A stretch of 64,000 nucleotides of DNA from Macrostomum hystrix (GCA_950097015.1 CATNEN010000011.1:3658001-3722000), one strand, 5' to 3'. Shown: positions 1 through 13,589, numbered from the stretch's first letter. Translations and numbers: made by a program. Notes: a model not told the origin generated them from the sequence alone.

Positions 1-176
1 TGGTGTCCTTGATCCGTTTCTGCAGGTTATTGTATCGATCCTCAAGATCTTTGAGCACATCCGGCTGATTGGCGCACACCTGACTCACCGGGTCGCCTTT
101 GTGCGCTTCAAACCTGAACGGCTTGGGCTCAGTGAATGCCGTCTGGGAGGTGTGCAGAAAGTGCAGCTTGTCCTGT
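1..176 (-). CDS. SRGAP: srGAP-like F-BAR/RhoGAP gene, coding exon 4 (continues beyond window)
   Basis: Manual translation KQDKLHFLHTSQTAFTEPKPFRFEAHKGDPVSQVCANQPDVLKDLEDRYNNLQKRIKDT resembles the srGAP post-F-BAR segment (F-x-F-x-x-H-x-GD). CAG acceptor at 179-177; phase 2 matches the upstream exon. Confidence 0.85.
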
Positions 177-264
177 CTGGGGGGAGATCACGGTTTTATG
201 GGATCAACTTTCTGTGGGGTAATGTACTTACTGGCTGGCGTGTGTTTGAATCTGTACTTGTCAA

Positions 265-1900
265 CTCAGGATGAAATTAGGGATGAGGATTGAAATGGGA
301 TTCGGGATGAGGACTGAATTGGGATTTATGATGAGGATTGAAATGAGATTTAGTATAGGGATTGAAATGGGATTTATGATGAGGATTGAAATGGGATTTA
401 TGATGAGGGTTGAAATTGGATAAGGGATGAGGATTGAATTGGGATTCGGGATGAGGACTGAATTGGGATTTATGATGAGGATTGAAATGAGATTTAGTAT
501 AGGGATTGAAATGGGATTTATGATGAGGATTGAAATGGGATTTATGATGAGGATTGAAATGGGATTTATGATGAGGGTTGAAATTGGATAAGGGATGAGG
601 ATTGAATTGGGATTCGGGATGAGGACTGAATTGAGATAAGGGATGAGGATTGAAATGGAATTAGGGATGAGGATTGAATTAGGATAAGGGATGAGGATTG
701 AAATGGGATTAGGGATGAGGATTGAATTAGGATTAGGGACGAGGATTGAATTGGGATTAGGGATGAGAACTGAATTATGATTAGGGACGAGGATTGAATT
801 ATGATTAGGGATGAGGATTGAATTAGGATTAGGGATGAGAACTGAATTAGGATTAGGGATGAGGATTGAATTAGGATTAGGGATGAGGATTGAATTAGGA
901 TTAGGGATGAGGATTGAATTGGGATTAGGGATGAGGATTGAATTAGGATTAGGGATGAGGACTGAATTAGGATTAGGGATGAGGATTGAATTAGGATTAG
1001 GGATGAGGATTGAATTAGGATTAGGGATGAGGATTGAATTAGGATTAGGGATGAGGATTGAATTAGGATTAGGGATGAGGATTGAATTAGGATTAGGGAT
1101 GAGGATTGAATTGGGATTAGGGATGAGAACTGAATTAGGATTAGGGATGAGGATTGAATTAGGATTAGGGATGAGGATTGAATTGGGATTAGGGATGAGA
1201 ACTGAATTAGGATTAGGGATGAGGATTGAATTAGGATTAGGGATGAGGATTGAATTGGGATTAGGGATGAGAACTGAATTAGGATTAGGGATGAGGATTG
1301 AATTAGGATTAGGGATGAGGATTGAATTAGGATTAGGGATGAGGATTGAATTGGGATTAGGGATGAGAACTGAATTAGGATTAGGGATGAGGATTGAATT
1401 AGGATTAGGGATGAGGATTGAATTAGGATTAGGGATGAGGATTGAATTAGGATTAGGGATGAGGATTGAATTAGGATTAGGGATGAGGATTGAATTAGGA
1501 TTAGGGATGAGGATTGAATTGGGATTAGGGATGAGAACTGAATTAGGATTAGGGATGAGGATTGAATTAGGATTAGGGATGAGGATTGAATTGGGATTAG
1601 GGATGAGAACTGAATTAGGATTAGGGACGAGGATTGAATTATGATTAGGGGTGATGACTGAATTGAGATAAGGGATGAGGATTGAAATGGGATTATGGAT
1701 TGGGATTGAAATGGGATTAGGGATAAGGATTAAAATGGAATTGATAATGATTGAAATGGGATTAGAAATGAGGATTAAAATAGGATTGACGACGAGGACT
1801 GAAATGGAATCAGTGGTGAGGATTGAACTGGGATTAATGATGAGAATTGAAATCGGATTGGATATAAGAAAGGGATCTGATCCTAGGGATCTGAAGACAC
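265..1900. repeat. 24-bp minisatellite (GGGATGAGGATTGAATTAGGATTA)n, intronic
   Basis: Visible tandem period of 24; homogeneous core about 790-1645, degenerate flanks. Confidence 0.95.
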
Positions 1901-1960
1901 TGCTGAATCCTTAGAAGTAAAATAGGTTTCTAAAATGAAACTACAGGACTAAAAACTCAC

Positions 1961-2244
1961 TTAGCATCCAGCTGGGTCATATTGTCCATGAACAGTCGGA
2001 CAAAGCTTTCCTGTCGCTGCTTGAGTGTGTCCTCGGTGTTCAAATGCATCATGGCGGCTCTAGCCAGAGAGTTGTGAAATCCGCATGCCATGCAGTCGAG
2101 AATGTCTGGCATATCGTCTGAGAAATATTTTCTCACACAAGCGTTGGCACTCTCCAACTGTAACAGATATTCGTTGCGCTCTTTGAGGGCCTTCTGCTTG
2201 GCGAACTCGTACTTCTCTCGTCGCTTCTCCAGGGTCTTGTCAAT
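1961..2244 (-). CDS. SRGAP: srGAP-like gene, coding exon 3
   Basis: IDKTLEKRREKYEFAKQKALKERNEYLLQLESANACVRKYFSDDMPDILDCMACGFHNSL matches the srGAP F-BAR C-terminal part (RNEYLL..EA.NA, D..D..D.GFH). CAG acceptor at 2247-2245, GTGAG donor at 1960; 284 nt, phase 0 in and phase 2 out. Confidence 0.88.
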
Positions 2245-2419
2245 CTGATGGGCGCGATTTATTTCTTGAGTACAGATTGAGTTGTCAGGTTAATGCTTCG
2301 TAAATATCACGATGACAAAAACTGACTAGGATAGATATCAAAATAATAGGACTTAAGTATGGGATTAGAAAGAATGGGACAGACTAGAATTCCAGGATCG
2401 GACAAGCATTGTATTTGTT

Positions 2420-5400
2420 AGGGATGAGATCAGAGTAGGATAAGATCAGAGTAGGATAAGATCAGAGTAGGATGGGATCAGAGTAGGATGGGATCAGACT
2501 AGAATAGGATCAGAGTTGGATGGTATCAAACTTGGGTGGGATCACACTAGATTGGGATTAGACCAGGATGGAAACCGGGATCAAACTATATTGGGATCAG
2601 ACTAGGGTGGGATCAAAGTAGATTAGAATAAAATCTGATTGGGATGAGACTGAAATAAGATTAGAGAAGGAGTGGATTAGAGTAGAATGGGATCAGACTA
2701 GGATGGGATTAGAGTAGGATGGGATCAGAGTAGGATGGGATCTGATTAGAATGGGATCAGAGTATGATGGGATTAGAGTAGGATGGGATCAGAGTAGGAT
2801 GGGATCAGATTAGAATGGGATCATAGTAGGATGGGATCAGATTAGAATGGGATCAGAGTTATGATGGGATCAGAGTAGGATGGGATCAGAGTAGGATGGG
2901 ATCAGATTAGAATGGGATCAAAATAGGATGGGATCAGATTAGAATGGGATCAGAGTATGATGGGATTAGAGTAGGATGGGATCAGAGTAGGATGGGATCA
3001 GATTAGAATGGGATCAGAGTAGGATGGGATTAGAGTAGGATGGGATCAAAGTATGATGGGATCAGAGTAGGGTCGGATCAGACTAGGATGGGATCAGAGT
3101 AGGATGGGATCAGATTAGAATGGGATCAGATTAGAATGGGATCAGAGTAGGATGGGATCAGATTAGAATGGGATCAGAGTATGATGGGATCAGAGTAGGA
3201 TCGGGTCAGACTAGAATGGGATGAGAGTAGGATGGGATCAGAGTATGATGGGAGCAGATTAGAATGGGATCAGAGTATGATGGGAGCAGATTAGAACGGG
3301 ATCAGAGTATGATGGGATCAGAGTAGGATCGGGTCAGACTAGAATGGGATGAGAGTAGGATGGGATCAGAGTATGATGGGATCAGAGTATGATGGGAGCA
3401 GATTAGAATGGGATCAGAGTATGATGGGATCAGAGTAGGATCGGGTCAGACTAGAATGGGATGAGAGTAGGATGGGATCAAAGTATGATGGGATCAGAGT
3501 AGGATCGGGTCAGACTAGAATGGGATGAGAGTAGGATGGGATCAGAGTATGATGGGATCAGATTAGGATGGGATTAGAGTAGGATGGGATCAGAGTAGGA
3601 TGGGATCTGATTAGAATGGGATCAGAGTATGATGGGATTAGAGTAGGATGGGATCAGAGTAGGATGGGATCAGATTAGAATGGGATCATAGTAGGATGGG
3701 ATCAGATTAGAATGGGATCAGAGTTATGATGGGATCAGAGTAGGATGGGATCAGAGTAGGATGGGATCAGATTAGAATGGGATCAAAATAGGATGGGATC
3801 AGATTAGAATGGGATCAGAGTATGATGGGATTAGAGTAGGATGGGATCAGAGTAGGATGGGATCAGATTAGAATGGGATCAGAGTATGATGGGATTAGAG
3901 TAGGATGGGATCAGAGTAGGATGGGATCAGATTAGAATGGGATCAAAATAGGATGGGATCAGATTAGAATGGGATCAGAGTATGATGGGATTAGAGTAGG
4001 ATGGGATCAGAGTAGGATGGGATCAGATTAGAATGGGATCAGAGTAGGATGGGATTAGAGTAGGATGGGATCAAAGTATGATGGGATCAGAGTAGGGTCG
4101 GATCAGACTAGGATGGGATCAGAGTAGGATGGGATCAGATTAGAATGGGATCAGATTAGAATGGGATCAGAGTAGGATGGGATCAGATTAGAATGGGATC
4201 AGAGTATGATGGGATCAGAGTAGGATCGGGTCAGACTAGAATGGGATGAGAGTAGGATGGGATCAGAGTATGATGGGAGCAGATTAGAATGGGATCAGAG
4301 TATGATGGGAGCAGATTAGAACGGGATCAGAGTATGATGGGATCAGAGTAGGATCGGGTCAGACTAGAATGGGATGAGAGTAGGATGGGATCAGAGTATG
4401 ATGGGATCAGAGTATGATGGGAGCAGATTAGAATGGGATCAGAGTATGATGGGATCAGAGTAGGATCGGGTCAGACTAGAATGGGATGAGAGTAGGATGG
4501 GATCAAAGTATGATGGGATCAGAGTAGGATCGGGTCAGACTAGAATGGGATGAGAGTAGGATGGGATCAGAGTATGATGGGATCAGATTAGAATGGGATC
4601 AGAGTATGATGGGAGCAGATTAGAACGGGATCAGAGTATGATGGGATCAGAGTAGGATCGGGTCAGACTAGAATGGGATGAGAGTAGGATGGGATCAGAG
4701 TATGATGGGATCAGAGTATGATGGGAGCAGATTAGAATGGGATCAGAGTAGGATGGGATCAGAGTATGATGGGATCAGAGTAGGATGGGATCAGATTAGA
4801 ATGGGATCAGATTAGAATGGGATCAGAGTAGGATCGGATCAGACTAGGATGGGATCAGAGTAGGATGGGATCAGATTAGAATGGGATCAGAGTAGGATGG
4901 GATCACATTAGAATGGGATCAGAGTATGATGGGATTAGAGTAGGATGGGATCAGATTAGAATGGGATCAGAGTAGGATGGGATCAGATTAGAATGGGATC
5001 AGAGTAGGATGGGATTAGAGTAGGATGGGATCAAAGTATGATGGGATCAGAGTAGGGTCGGATCAGACTAGGATGGGATCAGAGTAGGATGGGATCAGAT
5101 TAGAATGGGATCAGATTAGAATGGGATCAGAGTAGGATGGGATCAGATTAGAATGGGATCAGAGTATGATGGGATCAGAGTAGGATCGGGTCAGACTAGA
5201 ATGGGATGAGAGTAGGATGGGATCAGAGTATGATGGGAGCAGATTAGAATGGGATCAGAGTATGATGGGAGCAGATTAGAACGGGATCAGAGTATGATGG
5301 GATCAGAGTAGGATCGGGTCAGACTAGAATGGGATGAGAGTAGGATGGGATCAGAGTATGATGGGATCAGAGTATGATGGGAGCAGATTAGAATGGGATC

Positions 5401-6275
5401 AGAGTATGATGGGATCAGAGTAGGATCGGGTCAGACTAGAATGGGATGAGAGTAGGATGGGATCAAAGTATGATGGGATCAGAGTAGGATCGGGTCAGAC
5501 TAGAATGGGATGAGAGTAGGATGGGATCAGAGTATGATGGGATCAGATTAGAATGGGATCAGAGTATGATGGGAGCAGATTAGAACGGGATCAGAGTATG
5601 ATGGGATCAGAGTAGGATCGGGTCAGACTAGAATGGGATGAGAGTAGGATGGGATCAGAGTATGATGGGATCAGAGTATGATGGGAGCAGATTAGAATGG
5701 GATCAGAGTAGGATGGGATCAGAGTATGATGGGATCAGAGTAGGATGGGATCAGATTAGAATGGGATCAGATTAGAATGGGATCAGAGTAGGATCGGATC
5801 AGACTAGGATGGGATCAGAGTAGGATGGGATCAGATTAGAATGGGATCAGAGTAGGATGGGATCACATTAGAATGGGATCAGAGTATGATGGGATTAGAG
5901 TAGGATGGGATCAGATTAGAATGGGATCAGAGTAGGATGGGATCAGATTAGAATGGGATCAGACTAGCATGGGATCAGAGTAGGATGGGATCAGAGTATG
6001 ATGGGATCAGAGTAGGATGGGATCAGATTAGAATGGGATCAGAGTTATGATGGGATCAGATTAGAATGGGATCAGAGTAGGATCGGATCAGACTAGGATG
6101 GGATCAGAGTAGGATGGGATCAGATTAGAATGGGATCAGAGTAGGATGGGATCACATTAGAATGGGATCAGAGTATGATGGGAGCAGATTAGAATGGGAT
6201 CAGAGTATGATGGGAGCAGATTAGAATGGGATCAGAGTATGATGGGATCAGAGTAGGATCGGGTCAGACTAGGAT
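2420..6275. repeat. 16-bp minisatellite (ATGGGATCAGAGTAGG)n with higher-order structure
   Basis: Period 16 measured; lines 4021-4980 are repeated at 4981-5940. Confidence 0.95.
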
Positions 6276-6844
6276 CAGATCAGTGAAAAACAAGGTGTAG
6301 ATATATTTTAAGCATCAACAGCCTGCCGCAACCAATGATACAAGAAAGAGAATATAAAATATTTCCTTCGCGTAGATAAAATTATATACTGAGAAATGAG
6401 AGCTCGTTAAAATGGGTCTTGTGCTATTTTTAGTAACTCACGGCGACACTAGAACTTATTTCGTAGAGTAACTTTATCCATCTACGCTTGTACAGTGTGT
6501 GTGCAAGCGTGTTCACAATGAGTCACAATCAGAAACATGATAAACAGCCCAAATAGAACTGTTTATTGTTTTTAAAATATATAATATTGAAATAGTTATT
6601 TTAAGAACATTAACGAAGGCGAGTTAATATAAGCAAAGAATGTATGATAATAAAGCAAAACCAAGAATATATAGATTACAAACGAATAATTATAAAACAT
6701 GATTCATGTTATAAACCTTTCGCAATGCAGTCTATTAACTATTCCGATTATAGAATATTAACCCATTCATCCTATTTCTATGATGTATGATGAAATATTT
6801 CTAATTTCTTTCATGACTAATAAATAATTTATTTCTAGCCTATA

Positions 6845-7862
6845 TTCACTATAAACCTACCGATTCTTAGTCTATAAACCCACCAATTACCTGACTATAA
6901 ACCCACCGATTACCTGACTATAAACCTACCGATTCTTAGTCTATAAACCCACCAATTACCTGACTATAAACCCACCGATTACCTGACTATAAACCTACCG
7001 ATTCTTAGTCTATAAACCCACCAATTACCTGACTATAAACCCACCAATTACCTGACTATAAACCCACCAATTACCTGACTATAAACCCACCAATTCCCAG
7101 ACTATAAACCCACCAATTACCTGACTATAAACCCACCAATTACCTGACTATAAACCCACCAATTACCTGACTATAAACCCAACAATTACCTGACTATAAA
7201 CCCACCAATTACCTAACTATAAACCCACCAATTACCTGTCTATAAACCCACCAATTACCTGACTATAAACCCACCAATTACCTGACTATAAACCCACCAA
7301 TTCCCAGACTATAACCCACCAATTCCCAGACTATAATCCACCAATTCCCAGACTATAAACCCACCGATTACCTTACTATAAACCCACCAATTACCTGACT
7401 ATAAAACCACCAATTACCTGACTATAAACCCACCGATTCTTAGTCTATAAACCCACCAATTCCCAGTCTATAATCCACCAATTCCCAGACTATAACCCAC
7501 TAATTCCCAGACTATAATCCACCAATTCCCAGACTATAATCCACCAATTCCCAGACTATAAACCCACCAATTCCCAGACTATAATCCACCAATTCCCAGA
7601 CTATAAACCCACCAATTCCCAGACTATAAACCCACCAATTACCTGACTATAAACCCACCAATTCCCAGACTATAAACCCACCAATTCCCAGACTATAAAC
7701 CCACCAATTACCTGACTATAAACCCACCAATTCCCAGACTATAAACCCACCAATTCCCAGACTATAAACCCACCAATTACCTGACTATAAACCCACCAAT
7801 TCCCAGACTATAAACCCACCAATTACCTGACTATAAACCCACCAATTACCAGACTATAAACC
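6845..7862. repeat. 23-bp minisatellite (GACTATAAACCCACCAATTACCT)n
   Basis: Period 23 measured (7261 to 7284); ends about 20 bp from the exon 2 donor. Confidence 0.95.
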
Positions 7863-7884
7863 CACAGAAAAGCACTGTACAAAC

Positions 7885-8444
7885 CTGTTTGAGCCGCTTC
7901 TCAGCCGTACTGGCACTGCCAGACTGCCCGGCCTCCTCAAGTCGGTGTCTCTCCTCCTTAGCGGCCACGAGTTTAGTCTCGGCCTGAGCAGCCTGACCAT
8001 GAGCCAGCTGATAGGTTCTCAGAGTTTGGCCAACTTGTTTCACATTGTCCATGACGTCCTCCTGACCCGCTAGGCACATATCGCGACAGCGTTGAAACAA
8101 TTTGTTGGAATTCTCCCTGATGTCAGTAAACCTGGGAGCCATTTTGGTGCCAAATATTTTAGCCACAACGCCATGATTGACAGCTTGACTGTGAGTTATG
8201 CCGAGAATGGTTTTGTAGAATTTGAACAACGAGTAACTGCTGGCCCCGGCTACAGAACGATTCCGTTCCAATTGACGCAGTCTATCAACTCGCGAGTTGA
8301 ACAATTTTTTCAAATCCTTCGAATATTGTTCCTCAATTTCGGCTCGACGCCTATAGAACTCGGTCAGGTCGAGCAGTACGGCGCTCTCCCAGTCCAGCCG
8401 AGTCTCCATGAGGCGAAGCTGCTCCGTGAGCTGAACTCGCAGCT
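7885..8444 (-). CDS. SRGAP: srGAP-like gene, coding exon 2 (FCH/F-BAR domain)
   Basis: ELRVQLTEQLRLMETRLDWESAVLLDLTEFYRRRAEIEEQYSKDLKKL is a typical FCH domain. CAG acceptor at 8447-8445, GT donor at 7884; 560 nt, phase 1 in and phase 0 out. Confidence 0.9.
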
Positions 8445-9804
8445 CTGATGAGGTTTAGATTAAACATTTTAATTTAATGTGACCTCACTGTGGAATTGAG
8501 CTCATGGACATTGGTGCAAGAGGCAAATGTGTTAACTGTTGTTCTACTCACCCCCTAAATGTTTGATGAGAGCTTCAACATACTGACTAGAAGTGAGGCT
8601 CTCCAGTCCATGGACTGAATACTACAACCCTACACAAATTTCTGCCTTAGCAACTGATGCTAACAAATTTCTTTCATTGCTAAATGACTGAAATGCCCTA
8701 TTGGAGCCAATAGGGGTTTTTGCGGACAGTGTCCGGTGCGCTTGTGAAAAATTGCCTGCGCGCCTGCGCAGAAAGAAATTCCTGTCCGCGCAGCCATGCG
8801 TTGTGTGTGTAAAGTTGTAGAATTATAGAAATTATAGAAATACACTACGGAGATCAAAAAAGGTCATTTGGTATATGCGTACGTATTTTTGCAAAATCAC
8901 CATGTACCTGTTCTATTTTTAGAAATACACTACGGAGATCAAAAAAGGTCTTTCAACATTTTTTCGTGAAATCAATTACTACATTGAGTCAGACTGAAGA
9001 TATATAGCAATTGCGGATTTGCGCTCTTTTTCTTGAAACCAACTGCACGCCTAGCAGGAGTGTCCGCAGCTTTTTTAAATTCGCTCCATTGGGGAAACAA
9101 TGCCAAACTAAGCAATTTTATTATACTAATAGCAACATTTCCCCATTAGGTTGCACTTGCAATATGCACTCCTCACTTTCAGTTTTTATAACAATTTATA
9201 ACCAAAAATAAAATGAGTTATTTATTACCCAATTTTACATAATCATAAACATCATTACAATCACCAATCTTTAATTATTTTAGTTGACATATAAACAGAA
9301 CCCATGATAATCAGCATTAAAACCAAGTTTAAATTAAAAAAAATCGAAATAGACCTATTTTTCTATAACTACTTTGTTAAATAGAGTCATGGGTTCAAAA
9401 TTAATGCTTCTAATTTACTATATCATTGTTATCATTCTAACCTTAAAATTTGACTTATCAAATATATGTTTTAAATTGTATTTTAAACATATAAGTTATA
9501 TATTTAACTAAAACAATGTCCAGTATAGATTCTAAAGTATCAGTTCTATTAATTATAATTATGAGCAACTGGCTTGTATAAATTAATGTACAAAAAACCG
9601 CTTAATAAGGCATAAAAATAAATTATTAATTGCAGAATAAATAACAATAAAAAACATAAACTGGCCATCAAGTTAAGTATTGCTGCTGTGGCAGTATGTG
9701 ACAGCTGTGTCAATTGTCTATTAAACACAAGGATTATATTTTAACCATTAAAGACAGAATATTTATTCAAGATCATAGCTCTAGATATCATATAGCCGAC
9801 TTAC

Positions 9805-9877
9805 CTTTTGTTTTGGTGTCAAACTCATTGAGAGCATCCTTCTTATTTTTAAAGCTTCTATTTAATTGAGGATTCAT
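9805..9877 (-). CDS. SRGAP: srGAP-like gene, first coding exon (too short for the ORF track)
   Basis: ATG at 9877 gives MNPQLNRSFKNKKDALNEFDTKTK + G|GTAAG donor, paralleling the srGAP N-terminus (KFKKDKEIIAEYDTQVKEIRAQLTEQ). Phase 1 joins exon 2. Confidence 0.8.
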
Positions 9878-11929
9878 TGGAAACTAAATAAGACAGTAAC
9901 TACTTATGAATTACTTTAAACTGACCTTTATGAGTGTGTTAGGAGTTCAACTCTAAAACTCTGAATCAATTGTAAAATTTCAAGCAACTGTATATGTAAC
10001 CTAGTAAGGCCTAGCAATTCGAATTTTTAATTTCTAGTCAAGATAAGCTAAACTTGAATTTAAGTCAATACATGCATTGAGTCTAAAACCTCAAAATTTT
10101 GAACTTTGTGAATGGCTTAGGGGCCTATTATTTTGGCTAAAAGGAAATCTGATAAGTGATAATGAATGTAGGTCTACTAAAAATAATAGCAAAGTCACAG
10201 CTTGATCCTGTGTGCTACATGATATGTGCTTGCTAAATTAAATAAAATGGCAGCCACAAAATAATTAAATTTTCTTTTTACTGCACTTGATACTTTTACT
10301 TTAAAGCCAAGCCAATCGATTAAGGTTTAGTTAGGGACTAGGGGTAGTGGCCAAAACAAATACCAAAGTAAAACTATTTTAAAAGTTTCACTATTCGTTG
10401 CTTCTACAAACTAAACTGTTGTGCCAATTAACACGATCAATCAATTAACGAGGCCTATTGTACATTGTGCTTTTCTAGCGTAAGATTCATTGATAGGAAG
10501 TGCATGGTTCTCTAATAAATGTTTTTAGACTCGGTTTTCTTAGAACTGAAAAATATCGATTCTTAGAAATGCCCTTTCTAACAATAAGTTTCGACAGACG
10601 CGAAAATGTATGCTAAAAAATGGTGAGAACAGAAAAAAATCTTTTTTTACACGTATCCATCTGTTTTACTTTGATATCTACTTTTGGGATGATTACTTAT
10701 TGATTGACGAGCTTTTTCACAAAAAATCTGGCTTTGAGCCTTGTAAAAAACGAAATTTATTTTTTTTTCTATGACAGCAAGAGAGACAATTAGAAAAAAT
10801 AATATGAGGCTTTGTGACATAGGAGGTCATATTTTACATTGTAAAACTTTTTGCTTCTGCATGCATGCATTTGATCTGGAATTCCAGATCTATAGATCAA
10901 GCACAAGAAAAATGCTTCAAAACAAAGCAATGTTGTAACAGCCTTATTACTTCAGTCCAATGCTGAATCACCTGGTTTTGGTAGGGCAGGATATAATTCG
11001 AAACCTGAAGATTCATGATTCATGATCAGACGCTGTAATAAAAATGTCCCAAATATTTTTTAAAGTGGATCAGAAAATAAGCCAACTCCATAGAATCCAA
11101 AATATATTACTTACACGAGTATATTAAGTTTTTTTCTTGCACAAACTGTTTATAAATTGTCTCTGTCTTATTTAGCTGTAAACTATAATTAATAGCAAGT
11201 ACTTCAGTGCACTCAAACAAAAATGGAACTTCAGCTTTGGTTATTGCTTGTCACGTGAGTAAATCTTTGTACATTTATCTGATGCAGAGCATTCTGTAGT
11301 ACTTCTCAGCTTCTTTTATTTTCGATATTTTTTCTATCACCCTTATTCTCGCACATTTTATAAGACACCTGTTAAAGTATTTTATAAACTAGACTAAGCT
11401 AGGTCTTTTCTAGGTAGGATAGAGAGGACGTTGAGAGGCCGGCGAGTAGCAGATGAACACACCGGTGTGAGTGTGCCTGGATACGTATGTGCGTGTGTGC
11501 TCAGGAGTCTGCGAAGTGAGGAGAATTAACTCTAGCTGGCTGCAATTCTGACGTCAACCATGCACAGCTTACAGTTGCCCACAGAGAATATTATTGGCCG
11601 GAGGTTACTGATTATTGTTGTTATAAGTGGGCAGTGAAACACGGTTATAATTGATATATTGCTGTACATTTTTGTGTCGTGAACGCACAGTTATTTTAGG
11701 ATATTTCAGTACTGTATAGTACCATTTTTTATGCAGATTGGTAAAGAAGGGCTATACTAAGCGCTTTTTGAGTATAAACCAATGGTAGCTGTAGAAGTCA
11801 TATGCTAGATGTAAAAAAGAACATATTTAAAAGCTGTCGTATGAGAACTGCCAGATCTAATCTAGATAATAAGAGCTATACAAAATTAATAGTCAAGTGC
11901 AAAAATAAAAAAGCCGAATATTTTGAGAA

Positions 11930-13256
11930 ATGTTTTCCCTATTTGTGTTTCTGCAAGCCATTTTAGCTTACTTTCTTCCCATGAAAAAAGGCTGTTTGTG
12001 CGATACGGATGATCTACTGGTTTCCGCGGTTGAAAGGGATGACGCTTCTGAGCTAGAGAAGAGAATTTCAAGTGACGCGTTCCATGATCGTTTTATACGA
12101 TATTCTGAGCACAGTTTTACACCACTAATGCTGGCGTCCTTCTTGGGTAAAATTCACACTGTGCAAATACTGTTAAAATATGTCATAGATATAGACAAGC
12201 AAAATGAAAATGGAAAAACAGCGCTCTATATGGCTTCTGAGGAAGGTCATCAGGAAACTGTCGATTTGCTTATCGAAGCAGGAGCCGATGCGAATGTTCA
12301 AACTGCGACAGGCAACTCAGCTCTGTATATCGCTTCAAAAAACGGTCATCAGCACATTGTCGATTCGCTTATAAGATCGAAAGCCGACGTCGATCTACTA
12401 GAACACTCTGGCTGGTCACCTCTATACATTGCATCACTGAATGGACATCATCTCGTTGTCGATTCATTGATTAAAGCTGGAGCATATATCGATATTAAGT
12501 TATACGACTATTCTTCTCCATTGCATATTGCTGCTAGCTGTGGTTTTTATCGAGTGTTAAAATTATTAATCGAAGCTGGTGCAGACTTGGATCTTCAAGA
12601 CAGCTCAGGCGAATCGCCCGTCTACAAGGCAGCAAAATTGGGCCGTTATAAAGTGACAACTTTGCTGAATGAAGCCGGTGCTGGTATCGATCGGGCAAAT
12701 ACATCCGGATTAACACCTCTCTACATAGCGGCGCATTTTCAGCATGATTTGACTGTAGAATTACTGATAAGAGAGTTAACAAAGTTACCTGACCGACTCG
12801 CGTCCATTGAGTCCACGAGGAAGCTTGCATTAAAATTCAACAACGACCATGTAGTAAAAGCAATCGACCATGCTCAGTCGTCGTCGTCGCCATCGCACAG
12901 AGCCGAAACTGATGAGGAGCTGAGCTCGCTGCTGCACTCTAAACTCTCTGAGTCGGGTTTTGTGGACTCCAGAGCCGCCTTACAGAGCGCATCGGCTGAT
13001 GTGCTGCAAGAAATTGTCAGAAAACGAAAGCGACTAAACAGTACTAATGATGGTTTTTTCATTGTCGGCAGCTTCTCAGAAGGCTGGTGTAACAGCCTGG
13101 TGACTCTAGATGGCAGAACTGATGCCGACTCCGACATCGACGTATTGACTATTAAAGATCCAAGAATACGCGAATTTCATTTAGAAGGTCACTGCAAGTG
13201 CGATGTGCCCTCAAAAGTGCGCTACACCAATGGGCACATCGAGGCGACTGGATATG
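11930..13256 (+). CDS. Ankyrin-repeat + Mab-21/cGAS-like nucleotidyltransferase (cGLR), exon 1
   Basis: About 7 ankyrin repeats (TPLMLAS, TALYMAS, SALYIAS, SPLYIAS, SPLHIAA, SPVYKAA, TPLYIAA), then the NTase signature VGSFSEG...DSDID. G|GTGAGA donor after 13256 (phase 1). The true start may be the ATG at 11981. Confidence 0.85.
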
Positions 13257-13403
13257 GTGAGAGAGTGAGAGCACAAGTATTATGATAAAATCCGCACTAC
13301 GAGCCTTTTATATATCTGCTCTGCATTATTTTATTGCCTAAGTAATGCGTCATGATTATTGCGTAACGCTCATAGTTAACTTCAAAGATTAGCCGTAGAG
13401 TCC

Positions 13404-13470
13404 CAGGGTGGGAAAAGTACGGCCCGCGGACCAGATACGCCCCTCGAAGCTTCCAAATCCGGCCCGTTAC
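13404..13470 (+). mobile_element. Degenerate hAT/Charlie-type terminal sequence
   Basis: CAGGGTGGGAAAAGTACGGCCCGCGGACCAGATACGCCC resembles the CAGGGGT...AACTACGGCCCGCGGGCC end of animal hAT/MITE families. The partner end was not found. Confidence 0.45.
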
Positions 13471-13589
13471 CCCTTCCGACTCCTACAGTATCCTCTTTGC
13501 CCTGTCTCATCTCTCCTCGGCCTCGTCTCTTCCGTGTCTCATCTTTCCCCAGTCTCGCCTCTCCTGCGTCTCATATCTCGCGTGTCTCA

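Noticed and set aside
811-1644. 277-aa MRIELGLG ORF
   Set aside because: Translation of the 24-bp minisatellite inside an srGAP intron.
8092-8448. 118-aa plus-strand ORF
   Set aside because: Antisense shadow of srGAP exon 2.
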